This document shows, piece after piece, positions 29,690 through 40,715 of a stretch of 64,000 nt of DNA (positions are counted from its first letter, which is position 1; every line of letters begins with the position of its first letter). Both the position numbers and the translations under genes were made by a program. Source of the DNA: an uncultured bacterium (lineage in GTDB: Bacteria > Bacteroidota > Bacteroidia > CAILMK01). The stretch covers positions 5,897-69,896 of the forward strand of contig CAIKRV010000059.1 in NCBI GenBank assembly GCA_903829945.1, given 5' to 3'. Under the pieces are notes generated by a model. That model was not told where the DNA came from. It saw nothing but the letters and a program-made list of their open reading frames with translations, and did not search any database.

Positions 29690-30889
29690 ATGTCAATATT
29701 TAAACTAAAAAGTCTAATCAGAATTGCTTGTCCTAAAAGAATTAGTCCATATTTAGAACAAGAATTAATAAAACTTGGATATACCCCTGATTTAGTTGAT
29801 GATACAGGTGCCGAATTAATGGGTTCTTTGGCAGATTGCATGAAATTGAATTTATGGCTAAGGACGGCTCACCGCGTATTATTTTTAATTGATGAATTTG
29901 AAGCCCACCATCCTGATGATTTATATAAAAATTTATTAAATACCCCATGGGAAGAATACATCCCCTCTGATGGATATGTATCTGTCGGATCACATGTTTT
30001 AGAAGAAAGTATTAATGATACTCGCTTCGCAAATATGCGTGCAAAGGATGCTATTGTAGATCGCATTTTATCCAAAACCAATACTCGTCCGGATTCAGGA
30101 CCTAAGGACGATAAAACAGTTTTATTTTTACATTGGAAGGAAGGCCAAGCCTCCATATTTATTGATACCTCGGGAGAAACTATTGCCAGACACGGATATC
30201 GTCAGCAACCTTGGAAAGCACCAATGCAAGAAACACTGGCAACTGCAGTATTGATGAGTACGGGATATAATGGGGAACAAAATCTTATAAATCCAATGTG
30301 CGGCAGTGGTACGCTTGCAATTGAAGCTGCACTTATCGCCACCAATACGGCACCCGGATTAATGCGAAGTAATTTTGGTTTTATGCATTTGATCGGTTTT
30401 GATTTTAGCCAATGGAAAACATTAAGGAAAGAGGCTGACCAAGCCATCAAACCTTGTAAAGGACGTATTATAGCAACCGACATCCACGGTGGTGCCATTA
30501 ATGCCATTCGCGAAAATGCACGCTTAGCCGAAGTTGATGATATTATAGAATTTAGAGTTTGTCCTTTTGAAGAAACTAATTTACCAAAAGAAGGTGGAAT
30601 CTTAGTTATGAACCCTGCGTATGGAGAAAGATTAGGTGAAAATGAAGAATTGGTTTCACTTTATGCCTCCATTGGGGACTTTCTAAAACAAAAGGCACAG
30701 GGATATAAGGCTTATATATTTACCGGTAATTTAGAACTGGCTAAGAAAATTGGATTGAAAGCTTCTAAAAGAATTGAATTTTATAATGCTAATATAGATT
30801 GTCGTTTATTGGAGTTTGAACTTTATGCCGGCAGCAAACGCATTCCTAATTCTGACCCAAGAACAGAACGTAATAATGAGGAGGAATAA
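29690..30889 (+). CDS. THUMP-domain class I SAM-dependent RNA methyltransferase (RlmL/K-like)
   Basis: NLWLRTAHRV, AKDAIVD, DTSGE...HGYR, APMQETLA, NPMCGSGTLAIEAA, MNPAYGERL. Confidence 0.9.
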   Translation: MSIFKLKSLIRIACPKRISPYLEQELIKLGYTPDLVDDTGAELMGSLADCMKLNLWLRTAHRVLFLIDEFEAHHPDDLYKNLLNTPWEEYIPSDGYVSVGSHVLEESINDTRFANMRAKDAIVDRILSKTNTRPDSGPKDDKTVLFLHWKEGQASIFIDTSGETIARHGYRQQPWKAPMQETLATAVLMSTGYNGEQNLINPMCGSGTLAIEAALIATNTAPGLMRSNFGFMHLIGFDFSQWKTLRKEADQAIKPCKGRIIATDIHGGAINAIRENARLAEVDDIIEFRVCPFEETNLPKEGGILVMNPAYGERLGENEELVSLYASIGDFLKQKAQGYKAYIFTGNLELAKKIGLKASKRIEFYNANIDCRLLEFELYAGSKRIPNSDPRTERNNEEE

Positions 30890-30907
30890 TCTCTCTTCTA
30901 AAAAAAC

Positions 30908-30942
30908 AAAAAAGGTTCTTTATAAATAAAGAACCTTTTTTT
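30908..30942. terminator. Bidirectional terminator between convergent THUMP gene and prfA
   Basis: AAAAAAGGTTCTTTAT-AA-ATAAAGAACCTTTTTT. Confidence 0.8.
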
Positions 30943-30957
30943 ATGCCATAATTAATG

Positions 30958-32049
30958 TTATTCCACTTCGTATAAACTTCCTTCTTTTAGCTTTTCTGTA
31001 TTTTCTGCTAATTGAAGTGCATCAATTAATGGGTCAACATTACCATTTAATATATTATCCAAATCATACAAGGTTAATCCAATTCTATGATCCGTTACCC
31101 TGCCTTGAGAAAAATTATATGTTCTAACTTTTGCGGAACGGTCACCGGTAGAAACCATAGTTTTACGTTTAGATGAAATTTCATCCAAATACTTTTGATG
31201 TTCCACTTCATATAATCGGCTTCTTAAAATTTTAATGGCCTTATCATAATTCTTAATTTGAGACCGTTCATCCTGCATGGATACTACAATTCCCGTTGGA
31301 ATATGTGTTAAGCGAATAGCAGAATAAGTAGTATTTACCGACTGACCACCCGGTCCGGAGGAACAGAAGGTATCCTTTCTGATATCCGATTCTTTCAATT
31401 CAATATCAAAATCCTCTACTTCCGGTAAAATGGCAACCGACGCTGCAGAGGTATGCACCCTACCCTGCGATTCCGTGGAAGGTACACGCTGTACTCTATG
31501 CACTCCGGATTCATATTTCATTCTGCCATAAATCTTATCCTTGCCGGAAACACTTAAAATAATTTCTTTAAAGCCTCCGTTTGTTCCTTCGTGCAAATCA
31601 ATAATCTCAACCTTCCAACCTTTAGCATCAAAATATTTTGAGTACATCCGATACAAATCACCTGCAAAAAGTGAGGCTTCGTCACCTCCGGTACCTGCTC
31701 TAATTTCAACGATAGCATTTCGATCGTCCATTGGGTCTTCAGGGACCAACATCAATTTAATTTCATCTTCCATCGGACCTTGCAATGAAAATAATTCATC
31801 AAGTTCCATTTTTGCCATTTCGCGAAACTCGGGATCTTTTTCCTCTGAAATTATTTTTTTATTAGTATCCATATTACTTAATAAGTCGCGATACTTCCGG
31901 TACATTTCAGTGATTTCACTAAGCCCTTTATACTCCTTATTTAATTGAGTAAATCTTTTCATGTCGGTAATAATGTTAGGATCCGTTAATTGCTCTCCTA
32001 CATCTTCCCAACGGGCATTAATTTCTTCTAATCTCTTTAATAAATCCAT
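30958..32049 (-). CDS. prfA: Peptide chain release factor 1
   Basis: EIRAGTGGDEA, ESGVHRVQRVPST, GRVHTSAA, SGPGGQSVNTT, RSQIKN, RTYNF. Confidence 0.97.
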   Translation of the reverse strand: MDLLKRLEEINARWEDVGEQLTDPNIITDMKRFTQLNKEYKGLSEITEMYRKYRDLLSNMDTNKKIISEEKDPEFREMAKMELDELFSLQGPMEDEIKLMLVPEDPMDDRNAIVEIRAGTGGDEASLFAGDLYRMYSKYFDAKGWKVEIIDLHEGTNGGFKEIILSVSGKDKIYGRMKYESGVHRVQRVPSTESQGRVHTSAASVAILPEVEDFDIELKESDIRKDTFCSSGPGGQSVNTTYSAIRLTHIPTGIVVSMQDERSQIKNYDKAIKILRSRLYEVEHQKYLDEISSKRKTMVSTGDRSAKVRTYNFSQGRVTDHRIGLTLYDLDNILNGNVDPLIDALQLAENTEKLKEGSLYEVE

Positions 32050-32085
32050 AATCTTATATTTTTACAAGCCCTATCTTGTAATTTT

Positions 32086-32958
32086 TTAATTCAAATAACT
32101 TTTAATACTCTTAATTCTTTGTACCCATATACGATGGGCTAAAAATTTTACATCTTGTGCATCCTTAATTTCAAACGGCAAAGCCACTATCTTACTATCA
32201 TTCGTCAATAAATCATAAAATACTAATGCACTTCCGTTAAATGCAATCACAGTATTTTTAACCACCTGAAATCGAGAAAGGTTCTTTAAAGGTATCTTTT
32301 TATAATAAGCACCATATTGATCAAAAATTAAAATTCCTTCGGAAGGTACACTTAAAAATACCCATGGTGATTTTTCAAGCATATAAACGGAATTTAAATC
32401 CCTAATACCACAACTTGGCAAATTTGGGCTTTCGCCTTGCAAATTTTTATCCGGATCCAATCTTTTTAATTTTGCATCTTGAATATCATAAAACCAAAAA
32501 CCGCCGGATTCACTTCTACAGGCTACCCCAAATTGACTTACCCCACTGCCATCTAAATTTAATTCGGAAACTACGTTTAATAAATTATCAGTAATCACCA
32601 CTTTATTTTGGCTACTATAAAACACTTCAGTATTTAATGGATTGCTCACATCTATGGAACTAATTTCACCATATCCTGAAAACCTTCTATCGGCCACTTT
32701 TATACCCAAGGAATCATATTTTATAATCGAGCTACCCGGGGTAATAACATATAAGTTTTTTAATTCGTCTACTTCAATAAATTTAATGGTGGTATCCACT
32801 TCAAAAACGGCAGGTACCGTTTGTGCATTTATTAATGAATAGCAAAAAAGAAAACTTAAAATAAACACTATTTTTAAATACTCGCCAATAAAAAGCCTTG
32901 TTCCATGCTGGGAACTTTGCCTATTTTGGTTCTTTAAATATTTAATATTAATGTTCAT
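32086..32958 (-). CDS. Hypothetical secreted protein (possibly beta-propeller-like)
   Basis: Hydrophobic signal ending INAQ; repeated short beta-strand units; overlaps the lpxH stop. Start uncertain. Confidence 0.65.
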   Translation of the reverse strand: MNINIKYLKNQNRQSSQHGTRLFIGEYLKIVFILSFLFCYSLINAQTVPAVFEVDTTIKFIEVDELKNLYVITPGSSIIKYDSLGIKVADRRFSGYGEISSIDVSNPLNTEVFYSSQNKVVITDNLLNVVSELNLDGSGVSQFGVACRSESGGFWFYDIQDAKLKRLDPDKNLQGESPNLPSCGIRDLNSVYMLEKSPWVFLSVPSEGILIFDQYGAYYKKIPLKNLSRFQVVKNTVIAFNGSALVFYDLLTNDSKIVALPFEIKDAQDVKFLAHRIWVQRIKSIKSYLN

Positions 32959-33700
32959 ATTTTTTCAGTTCAAAATGGTCTCCATCCCAAACGCCGTAGG
33001 TAAAATAATTTATCCAATCACCAAGATTAATATAATGACTATTTTCAGCAATTTTTAAATCTAAAGGATAATGCCTATGTCCGTAAATAAAATAATCAAA
33101 ATGATTTGATTTTAATAATTCCTTGGAATGAATAATTAACCATTCCTTATCTTCTCCTAAAAATTCAGCATCCTTTTCACCGGTATGCGCGCGACTTTTC
33201 TTAGAAAAAAATTTGGCCAAACTTACACCTGTATCAGGATGTAGACGCCTAAATAACCATTGATTAAATTTACCGACAAATATTTTTTTCATGAATTTAA
33301 ATCCATGGTCACCGGGACCTAATCCGTCACCATGGGCTAAATAGAACCTTTTGCCGTTAAATTCCTTAATTATCGGACCATGATATACATTGCATTGTAT
33401 TTCATTCGGTAAATAATTACGAATCCATAAATCATGATTCCCTGCAAAAATGGATATTTTTATGCCCTGATCAGAAAACTCAGCCAGCTTACCAAGTAAT
33501 CGCACAAATCCCATAGGAACAACATTTTGATATTCAAACCAGAAGTCAAAAAGATCCCCCATAAGATAAATTTCAGCCGCATCAGGCTCAATTTCATTTA
33601 ACCATCGGATGATCTTTTTTTCACGGATTAAGGATGCCTCGTGGTTGGGGGCACCCAAGTGAAAATCTGAAGCAAAATATATTTTATTCTTTGAATTCAT
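32948..33700 (-). CDS. lpxH: UDP-2,3-diacylglucosamine diphosphatase
   Basis: FASDFHLG, GDLFDFW, GNHD, AHGDGL, GHRH, NLGDW metallophosphoesterase motifs. Confidence 0.9.
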   Translation of the reverse strand: MNSKNKIYFASDFHLGAPNHEASLIREKKIIRWLNEIEPDAAEIYLMGDLFDFWFEYQNVVPMGFVRLLGKLAEFSDQGIKISIFAGNHDLWIRNYLPNEIQCNVYHGPIIKEFNGKRFYLAHGDGLGPGDHGFKFMKKIFVGKFNQWLFRRLHPDTGVSLAKFFSKKSRAHTGEKDAEFLGEDKEWLIIHSKELLKSNHFDYFIYGHRHYPLDLKIAENSHYINLGDWINYFTYGVWDGDHFELKKYEH

Positions 33701-33752
33701 TGCAAACACTAATTAGTAGAGCGGGGTTTAATCATTATATGATTAAAACAAG

Positions 33753-34394
33753 CTAATGTTGCCTATCTTCATCCAAGATGAAAAGATATAACTCCTTTGG
33801 GCCATGTGCACCCAATACTAATTCGCGTTCAATATCCGAGGTACGACTCGGACCGGTAAGAATACTCCATGAGGAAGTTTGAGTTCCATCATTTTTTTTG
33901 AAATAATCTTTAAAACCGTATTCTAATTGATTTCGATAAGATATCACTACATGCACCGGAGGAAATGCACTGATGGCTCTTGACAAGGTATTTTTGGTAT
34001 TAAGCAAAATACTTCCTGTTCTGGCAACTAAGGCATCGCATCCTGTTATTCCAACGTCTGCAACAGTACTTTCTTTGGCGTCGAATAAAAAAGGAAACTC
34101 ACATTGCTGCAAAAGATTCTTTAGTCCATCCTCCAAACACAATACTTGCTGCCATCCTTTCATTTCTGCAATGGATAAAAACATTTCCAGAAAATGATAA
34201 GGGTTTCTGCAAAACATTATTTTACCGTCAGCCGCTATAAAATTATGATAAAACACCTCCAGTAAAGGTCTTTCATCTTTCACAAAAACATCAGAATCAA
34301 AATCCAATTCCGGATTAAAGAAAATATCCTTCTGAAGTAATGCTTTACGCAACTTCTTTAGGACTTTTTCTTTTGAGCTTACCGGATCAGACAT
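33753..34394 (-). CDS. LUD-domain (LutC/YkgG-like) protein
   Basis: GITGCDALVARTGS, PPVHVV, LTGPSRTSDIE..LVLGAHGPKEL. Confidence 0.88.
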   Translation of the reverse strand: MSDPVSSKEKVLKKLRKALLQKDIFFNPELDFDSDVFVKDERPLLEVFYHNFIAADGKIMFCRNPYHFLEMFLSIAEMKGWQQVLCLEDGLKNLLQQCEFPFLFDAKESTVADVGITGCDALVARTGSILLNTKNTLSRAISAFPPVHVVISYRNQLEYGFKDYFKKNDGTQTSSWSILTGPSRTSDIERELVLGAHGPKELYLFILDEDRQH

Positions 34395-34418
34395 TTTATA
34401 AAATTGAGCGCTTAAATA

Positions 34419-36476
34419 TTATGCTTCTTTCGGTTCTGGGGATTCCAACTTTGGTTCCTCTTTAATACTTTCAACTGCATTGTGCACAATTACTTCCGGC
34501 TCTTGAATATCAAAAGGTCTTTTACCCAATAATACTTCCAAATCACTTTGGAAAATTATTTCTTTATCCAAAAGCATCACAGCTACATTTTCCAATTGTT
34601 CACGATGTTGTAACAATAAATTCTTTGTTCGAGCGTAAGCGTCTTCAATAAATTTACGAATTTCGATATCTATAATCTCTGCAGTTTTTTCAGAATAAGG
34701 TTTAGTAAATCCATATTCATTTTGAGGATCATGATAGGAAATATTGCCTACTTTCTCATTCATGCCGTACATGACAACCATATCAAAGGCTAAGCGCGTA
34801 ATACGTTCCAAATCATTTTGAGCACCGGTGGAAATCCTATTAAATACGATATCCTCCGCTACTCTACCACCTAGAGCCATACATACGGTATCCAATAATT
34901 GTTCTTTGGTATATAAATATTGTTCTTTTGGCAAGTACTGAGCATATCCCAATGCAGCCACGCCGCGAGGCACAATAGAAACTTTAACCAGAGGAGCAGC
35001 ATGTTCCATAAACCAACCTACTACAGCATGTCCGGCTTCATGGTAAGCAACAATTTTCTTTTCTTCAGGAGAGATGATTTTATTTTTCTTCTCAAGGCCT
35101 CCAATAACGCGATCAATGGCATCATTAAAATCCTTCATCCCAACTACTGTTTTATTTTTTCTTGCTGCTATTAATGCCGCTTCATTACAAATATTAGCAA
35201 TTTCAGCACCTGCAAAACCTGGGGTTTGCTCGGCAAGTTTGTGCGCATCTACATCATTAACATCAATTTTGATAGGGCGCAAATGCACCTTAAATATGGC
35301 CTCTCTGCCTACAATATCAGGTTTATCAATGCTAATTTGTCTATCAAAACGTCCCGGACGCATCAATGCACTATCTAATATATCAGGACGATTGGTGGCT
35401 GCCAAGATAATTACTCCTGAATTGGTAGAAAAACCATCCATTTCAGTTAGCAACTGGTTCAAAGTATTCTCACGTTCGTCATTGGCGCCTTGCACCAAAT
35501 TCTTTCCACGAGCTCTTCCAATGGCATCAATTTCATCAATAAATATAATACATGGAGCCTTTTCCTTGGCCTGACGGAATAAATCACGTACACGAGAGGC
35601 ACCTACCCCAACAAACATTTCTACAAAATCAGAACCGGATAATGAGAAGAAAGGTACATTTGCTTCACCGGCTACAGCCTTAGCAAGCAATGTTTTACCA
35701 GTTCCAGGAGGCCCTATTAATAAGGCACCTTTAGGAATTTTACCCCCCAATTCTGTATATTTTTTCGGGTTTTTAAGGAAATCTACAATTTCCATAATTT
35801 CCACCTTGGCCTCTTCCAAACCGGCAACATCTTTAAAACTGACATTAACCTTGGTATCCTTTTCAAATAAGGTGGCTCTACTCTTACCGATATTAAATAT
35901 TTGTCCACCGGGACCTCCACCGCCACCCATTCGGCGCATGATAAAAATCCACAAAATAATAAATCCAACCAATGGTAAAACATATTCAGCCATCCAACGC
36001 AAAGTGTCGGCTCGCTCTTCATTGCTATATGGCGGTGCAGTTGCATTTGGATTCTCTTTCATTAAAGCATCCACCGCCACATGGTAGTTGCGATCAAATA
36101 CATCTGTGGATAATAGCACAAAATAATACTGTGGTCCATCCTTTGGATTAAATAAAGGCTTTTCTCTTAAGCTTTTATACTCCGGGCTTTTTTCCAATAC
36201 ATCCTTATTTATGTATAATTCAGCTATTTTATGATTAACAATAGTGATTTTGGAAACATCGCCTCTTCTAATCATTACCATACCCTTATCCTCGGATATT
36301 TCTTCTGCACCTCCCGGTCTTGAAAAGAAATATGCGCCTATAAATAATACGGCCAAAGCAATATAAGCCCAATAAAAATTAAATTTCGGCTTCTTATTGT
36401 TGTTATTATTATCAGAAGTTCCAAACGGATCGTCCTGTATATTTTTTCGTTTTTTGTCTGTTTCTTGATCTGCCAT
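34419..36476 (-). CDS. ftsH: ATP-dependent zinc metalloprotease FtsH
   Basis: Two TMs, [38 protein letters not shown]. Confidence 0.98.
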   Translation of the reverse strand: MADQETDKKRKNIQDDPFGTSDNNNNNKKPKFNFYWAYIALAVLFIGAYFFSRPGGAEEISEDKGMVMIRRGDVSKITIVNHKIAELYINKDVLEKSPEYKSLREKPLFNPKDGPQYYFVLLSTDVFDRNYHVAVDALMKENPNATAPPYSNEERADTLRWMAEYVLPLVGFIILWIFIMRRMGGGGGPGGQIFNIGKSRATLFEKDTKVNVSFKDVAGLEEAKVEIMEIVDFLKNPKKYTELGGKIPKGALLIGPPGTGKTLLAKAVAGEANVPFFSLSGSDFVEMFVGVGASRVRDLFRQAKEKAPCIIFIDEIDAIGRARGKNLVQGANDERENTLNQLLTEMDGFSTNSGVIILAATNRPDILDSALMRPGRFDRQISIDKPDIVGREAIFKVHLRPIKIDVNDVDAHKLAEQTPGFAGAEIANICNEAALIAARKNKTVVGMKDFNDAIDRVIGGLEKKNKIISPEEKKIVAYHEAGHAVVGWFMEHAAPLVKVSIVPRGVAALGYAQYLPKEQYLYTKEQLLDTVCMALGGRVAEDIVFNRISTGAQNDLERITRLAFDMVVMYGMNEKVGNISYHDPQNEYGFTKPYSEKTAEIIDIEIRKFIEDAYARTKNLLLQHREQLENVAVMLLDKEIIFQSDLEVLLGKRPFDIQEPEVIVHNAVESIKEEPKLESPEPKEA

Positions 36477-36492
36477 TTTTCTATTTGCTTAT

Positions 36493-36870
36493 TTAAGCTT
36501 GGTCTTCAAATTTTTCAACTTCAGCATCGCCCCATAATTCCTCAATGGCATAAAAATCTCTTTTTTCCTTGAGAAATACATGTACTACAATGTTTACATA
36601 GTCAAGCAATATCCATTCCTTGTTTTCATATCCTTCGCGGTGCCAAGGCTTTTCACCTAAGTCTTTACGAACTTTTTCTTCCACGGCAAATGCAATGGCA
36701 TCTACCTGACGATCGCTATCTCCATGACAGATAATGAACTTATCAACTACCCGATGATCAAGTTTCGTTAAATCCAGGCTCAGGATATTTTTTGCTTTCT
36801 TTTCCTGCATGGCCTCTACTATGACATCGGCCAATTGCGTCAATTTGTCAGTAATCTTCGTGTTATCCAT
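36493..36870 (-). CDS. rsfS: Ribosome silencing factor
   Basis: EKKAKNI..LDL, FIICHGDSDRQV, EWILLDY, R.FY.IEELWGDA. Confidence 0.95.
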   Translation of the reverse strand: MDNTKITDKLTQLADVIVEAMQEKKAKNILSLDLTKLDHRVVDKFIICHGDSDRQVDAIAFAVEEKVRKDLGEKPWHREGYENKEWILLDYVNIVVHVFLKEKRDFYAIEELWGDAEVEKFEDQA

Positions 36871-36903
36871 TCAATTCTGTGTGGGATTTTTTTAAATAAT
36901 ATG

Positions 36904-36911
36904 CAAAAGTA
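36904..36911 (-). promoter_or_regulatory. -7 element (TACTTTTG) for rsfS-ftsH
   Basis: Exact TAnnTTTG 33 nt upstream of ATG 36870. Confidence 0.65.
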
Positions 36912-36951
36912 GTCATAAAGTTATATATAAGACGAAAAAGCCATAGTTCAG

Positions 36952-37935
36952 TTACTTCCTTCTTAGGGTTTCCAAACCAATCATTTGTTGCTTTTCAGTA
37001 TCCCAAACCTTTAATTTAAAACAGGCCAATATATCCCCTGGGTTCAAAGAGGTTGTTTTTGGATGTTGAAATTCTTTAAATGCAGCAAAAACCTCCGGTA
37101 AACGATAAAATGGGATTTTAGCATTAATATGATGAATATGATGATACCCAATATTTGCTGTAAACCAACGCATTATAAAATTCATTTTCATATAACTGGA
37201 AGATTCTAAAGCTGCGGCTGTATAGGTCCAATCTTCTTTCTCTGAAAAGGTAGTTCCCGGAAAATTATGCTGTGCATAAAATAAATAGGCACCAATAGCA
37301 CTAGCTATGACGGAAGGAATTAAAAATCCGAGGAAAAACAAAGTTAATCCGCCATAAATCCATATTAAAATCCCAATGCTATAGTGTAATACTAAAGACA
37401 ATACGGAATCCCAATGTTTCTCCTTACTACTTATAAAGGACTTAATACACATGCCGTAGGCAAAAGCAAAAATATAACCCGCCGAAATGGTTAATGGATG
37501 TCGGATAAAAAGATAAATTGCTCTATCTTGTGGTTTAGCCTCCAAATATTTTTCTTTGGTGACAATTGGAAAAGAGCCAATACTTGAAGTATAAAGTTTA
37601 GAATTGTGCTTATGATGATAATCATGTGAACGCCTCCAAATACTTAATGGTGCTAAAATATACAAACCGAAAAAAGTAAAAATCCCTTGTGCCAGCCAGG
37701 AGTTTTGTAAAATTGTTTTATGAGCGTAATCATGATAAATGACAAACATTCTTACAATATTTAAACCCGCTAAAATACTGCACACCCATTTTAACCATAA
37801 AGGTGTGTTCATAAAAATCCCGAGGTATAAAATTACAAAAGTCATTAAAGTAATTAAAAGATGCATCCAACTTTCTAATCTCTTTTCTTTAGCAAATTTT
37901 TGTGTGGCAAGTATTAAATCTTTTCCCTCCAACAT
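36952..37935 (-). CDS. Membrane fatty acid desaturase
   Basis: Three His boxes: HDYAH, HDYHHKH, HHIHH; QHNF. Confidence 0.9.
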   Translation of the reverse strand: MLEGKDLILATQKFAKEKRLESWMHLLITLMTFVILYLGIFMNTPLWLKWVCSILAGLNIVRMFVIYHDYAHKTILQNSWLAQGIFTFFGLYILAPLSIWRRSHDYHHKHNSKLYTSSIGSFPIVTKEKYLEAKPQDRAIYLFIRHPLTISAGYIFAFAYGMCIKSFISSKEKHWDSVLSLVLHYSIGILIWIYGGLTLFFLGFLIPSVIASAIGAYLFYAQHNFPGTTFSEKEDWTYTAAALESSSYMKMNFIMRWFTANIGYHHIHHINAKIPFYRLPEVFAAFKEFQHPKTTSLNPGDILACFKLKVWDTEKQQMIGLETLRRK

Positions 37936-38001
37936 TGGCCTGTATTTTTGTATGACGTTATTAACTTAATTATATTTTAATTTTATGCTGATAGATTCCG
38001 A

Positions 38002-38880
38002 TTAATCCATTATTTGAGGTTTCCTGTGCTTCCATCTTCTATGGGTCCATAACCAAAGCTCCGGTTGCAATTTTATATCTTGTTCCAACCTTCTGGTATG
38101 CCATTCCGATATTTCATCCTCAGAAAAAGACGCAGGATTTTCAATTAATAGTTCATTTTTGACAATATAATGACCCCGCTTAGGTCTCCAAACCGAGGTA
38201 TAAATAATAGGATAATTCATTTTCTTAGCAATTTTGGCCGTGCCTTTAAAAACGGGTGTATCCTGGTTCATAAATTGAGTCCAATAAGCCCCTTGTGGTT
38301 GCGGCGTTTGATCTGCAATAAAAGCAGTTGCGGTAAGCAAAGCTTTATCCCGAAACATACCCCTTAAAACTTCATTCATTGCATATAATCTATTGCCCAA
38401 ACGCGTACGCATATAATAAACCAAATGATCAAATTTTTTATTGGCCAATGGATGATAAATAACGTACAATTTATGTAATTTTTCCTGACTAAACCTCGCG
38501 CCGGCCAATTCCCAATTTCCAAAGTGCCCCATCACTATTATTACACTCCTATGTTGGTCATAAAATCTTTTAAAAACTTCTTCATTTTCCATTTGAACAT
38601 GCTTCATCAAACTTGTTGGATGTATGGTTAATGTTTTTAACGTTTCAAGAGTCAAATCACAAAAATAAACATAAAATTTACGCATGATCTCCTTGATTTC
38701 TTGTTCACTCTTTTCAGGAAATGCATTTTTTAAATTAGTATAGACTACCTTAGTTCTGTAAGCAAATACCTTAAAAATAAAAAAGTAAAAAAGGTCAGAA
38801 AGAAGGTATAATGCCCAAAACGGCATTAAGGAAACAGCATAAATAAACGGTAAGCTGAGATAATATACAATTGAGCCCAT
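38002..38880 (-). CDS. Lipid A late acyltransferase family (LpxL/LpxP-like)
   Basis: GHFGNWE (HX4E), FIADQ, QWFM-like TQFMNQDT, PELWLWTHRRWK. ATG 38880 preferred because TTG 38895 lies in the promoter. Confidence 0.88.
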   Translation of the reverse strand: MGSIVYYLSLPFIYAVSLMPFWALYLLSDLFYFFIFKVFAYRTKVVYTNLKNAFPEKSEQEIKEIMRKFYVYFCDLTLETLKTLTIHPTSLMKHVQMENEEVFKRFYDQHRSVIIVMGHFGNWELAGARFSQEKLHKLYVIYHPLANKKFDHLVYYMRTRLGNRLYAMNEVLRGMFRDKALLTATAFIADQTPQPQGAYWTQFMNQDTPVFKGTAKIAKKMNYPIIYTSVWRPKRGHYIVKNELLIENPASFSEDEISEWHTRRLEQDIKLQPELWLWTHRRWKHRKPQIMD

Positions 38881-38892
38881 GGATAATATATG

Positions 38893-38900
38893 CAAAGTTA
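38893..38900 (-). promoter_or_regulatory. -7 element (TAACTTTG) for the acyltransferase
   Basis: Exact match 12 nt upstream of ATG 38880. Confidence 0.65.
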
Positions 38901-39192
38901 AGAAAAATAAGTTATCCTATAATACAAATAAGTGAACTAACTGAATATTAAAACATAAGGAACGATTAGTCCTAATATTTGAAATGGTATTTAAATAATC
39001 AAATTATTGTATATCATATACTTAACTATTTATCGCTGATCTACCCACTTAAAAATGGCCTACACTGGAAGCTGGATAGCTAAATAATTGAATTTGTAGT
39101 ATTTAATAATAATAACTGTTTAAACGAATAAAGAAAACTTTATAAAGCGATTAAATAAAATTACTTAATTTCGCGGTGGAAATAAATAATCT

Positions 39193-40332
39193 ATGACAAC
39201 TGCTGGAATCCTTAAGGAACCCTCCCACGATAGGCGAATATCAATCATACCCGAATCTGTAGCTGCTTTAATAAAAATGAATATCAGCGTTGTAGTTGAA
39301 CAAACTGCAGGCGCCGGTGCATTTTTTTCGGATGAAGATTATACCAAAAATGGTGCTCAAATAGTCAGCAGGACCGATGCCCTGAAAGCTGATATTATTT
39401 TTAGTATCAATCCTCCTGAAATAGATGATTTATCAAAAATGAAAGCGGGCACATTATTGGTTTCCGTAATTAATCCTTTGGTAAATACCTCCTATGTTGA
39501 GGAATTATTAAGCCGAAAAATTAATTGCATGAGCTTGGAAAGCGTTCCAAGAACGACCAGAGCACAATCCATGGATATTTTATCCTCCATGGCCACGGTT
39601 ACCGGATATAAAGCAGTCTTATTGGCTGCTTCTAAATTACCTAAATTCTTCCCATTATTAATGACTGCCGCAGGGAGCATTCCACCGGCTAAGGTATTAA
39701 TTTTAGGGGCAGGCGTTGCCGGATTGCAAGCCATTGCCACCTGTCGTAAATTAGGAGGCGTTGTTGAAGTTTTTGATGTACGATCTGCCGTTAAGGAAGA
39801 AGTAAAAAGCTTAGGCGGTACTTTTATTGAAGTAGAAGGTGCAGCAGAAGATAAAGCTGCCGGAGGATATGCCATTCAGCAAAGTGAAGAATTCTTAAGA
39901 AAACAAAAACAATTAATTCACGATCATGCTATCAAAGCTGATGTGGTAATTTGTACTGCTCAAATCCCTGGTAGAAAGGCTCCGGTTCTGCTTACTAAAG
40001 AAACCGTAGCAGCTATGAAAAAAGGCTCCGTAATTATTGATTTAGCAGCTTCCTCAGGAGGCAATTGTGAAGTAACTCAAAACAACGAATCTCTTGATAT
40101 GAACGGCGTATTAGTTATCGGAAATTCAAACCTAGCCTCCGAAATGCCGGGAGATGCCAGTAGAATGTTTTCTAAAAATATTATGAATTTGATGAAAATA
40201 ACCTTTACCAAAGAAGGTGCAATTCATTTGACCAAAGAGGATGATATTTTAGCAGAAACCGTCATTACTAAAGATGGTGAAATCTGGAATTCCAGAGTAA
40301 AATCACTTTTACAACCGGCTACTGTTGCCTAA
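39193..40332 (+). CDS. pntA: NAD(P) transhydrogenase alpha subunit, soluble dI part
   Basis: RTTRAQSMDILSS, GAGVAGLQAI, DVRSAVKEEV, TAQIPGRKAP, DLAASSGGNC. Confidence 0.94.
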   Translation: MTTAGILKEPSHDRRISIIPESVAALIKMNISVVVEQTAGAGAFFSDEDYTKNGAQIVSRTDALKADIIFSINPPEIDDLSKMKAGTLLVSVINPLVNTSYVEELLSRKINCMSLESVPRTTRAQSMDILSSMATVTGYKAVLLAASKLPKFFPLLMTAAGSIPPAKVLILGAGVAGLQAIATCRKLGGVVEVFDVRSAVKEEVKSLGGTFIEVEGAAEDKAAGGYAIQQSEEFLRKQKQLIHDHAIKADVVICTAQIPGRKAPVLLTKETVAAMKKGSVIIDLAASSGGNCEVTQNNESLDMNGVLVIGNSNLASEMPGDASRMFSKNIMNLMKITFTKEGAIHLTKEDDILAETVITKDGEIWNSRVKSLLQPATVA

Positions 40333-40356
40333 GTACTATATTAAATAAATAAAAAG

Positions 40357-40674
40357 ATGGAACAGGTTATACAATTTTTAGGACTACATATAGAAATGAT
40401 CTATATTTTAGCCCTCTCTATATTTCTGGGTATTGAGGTTATTTCTCACGTACCTGCAATTCTACATACTCCCCTTATGTCGGGTGCCAATGCCATCCAC
40501 GGTGTTGTTATTATTGGAGCCATCATCGTAATGGGCGAAGCAGCTCCTGATAATTATTTAGCTTTATTCTTAGGATTTATAGCTGTAGTAATGGGTACTC
40601 TAAATGTGGTTGGTGGTTTTGTGGTCACTGACCGCATGTTAAAAATGTTTCAAAATAAAAATAAGAAAAATTAA
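40357..40674 (+). CDS. NAD(P) transhydrogenase alpha subunit, membrane part (PntAB)
   Basis: VPAILHTPLMSGANAIHG, NVVGGF.VTDRML.MF. Confidence 0.94.
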   Translation: MEQVIQFLGLHIEMIYILALSIFLGIEVISHVPAILHTPLMSGANAIHGVVIIGAIIVMGEAAPDNYLALFLGFIAVVMGTLNVVGGFVVTDRMLKMFQNKNKKN

Positions 40675-40715
40675 ATTTATCCTTCTCAGCAGGATATAAA
40701 ATTAAGAATATAATC

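Noticed and set aside
38896-39192. Rex operator upstream of the pnt genes
   Set aside because: No TTGTGAA-N4-TTCACAA-like dyad found; only a variant -7 element TAATTTCG (39166-39173).
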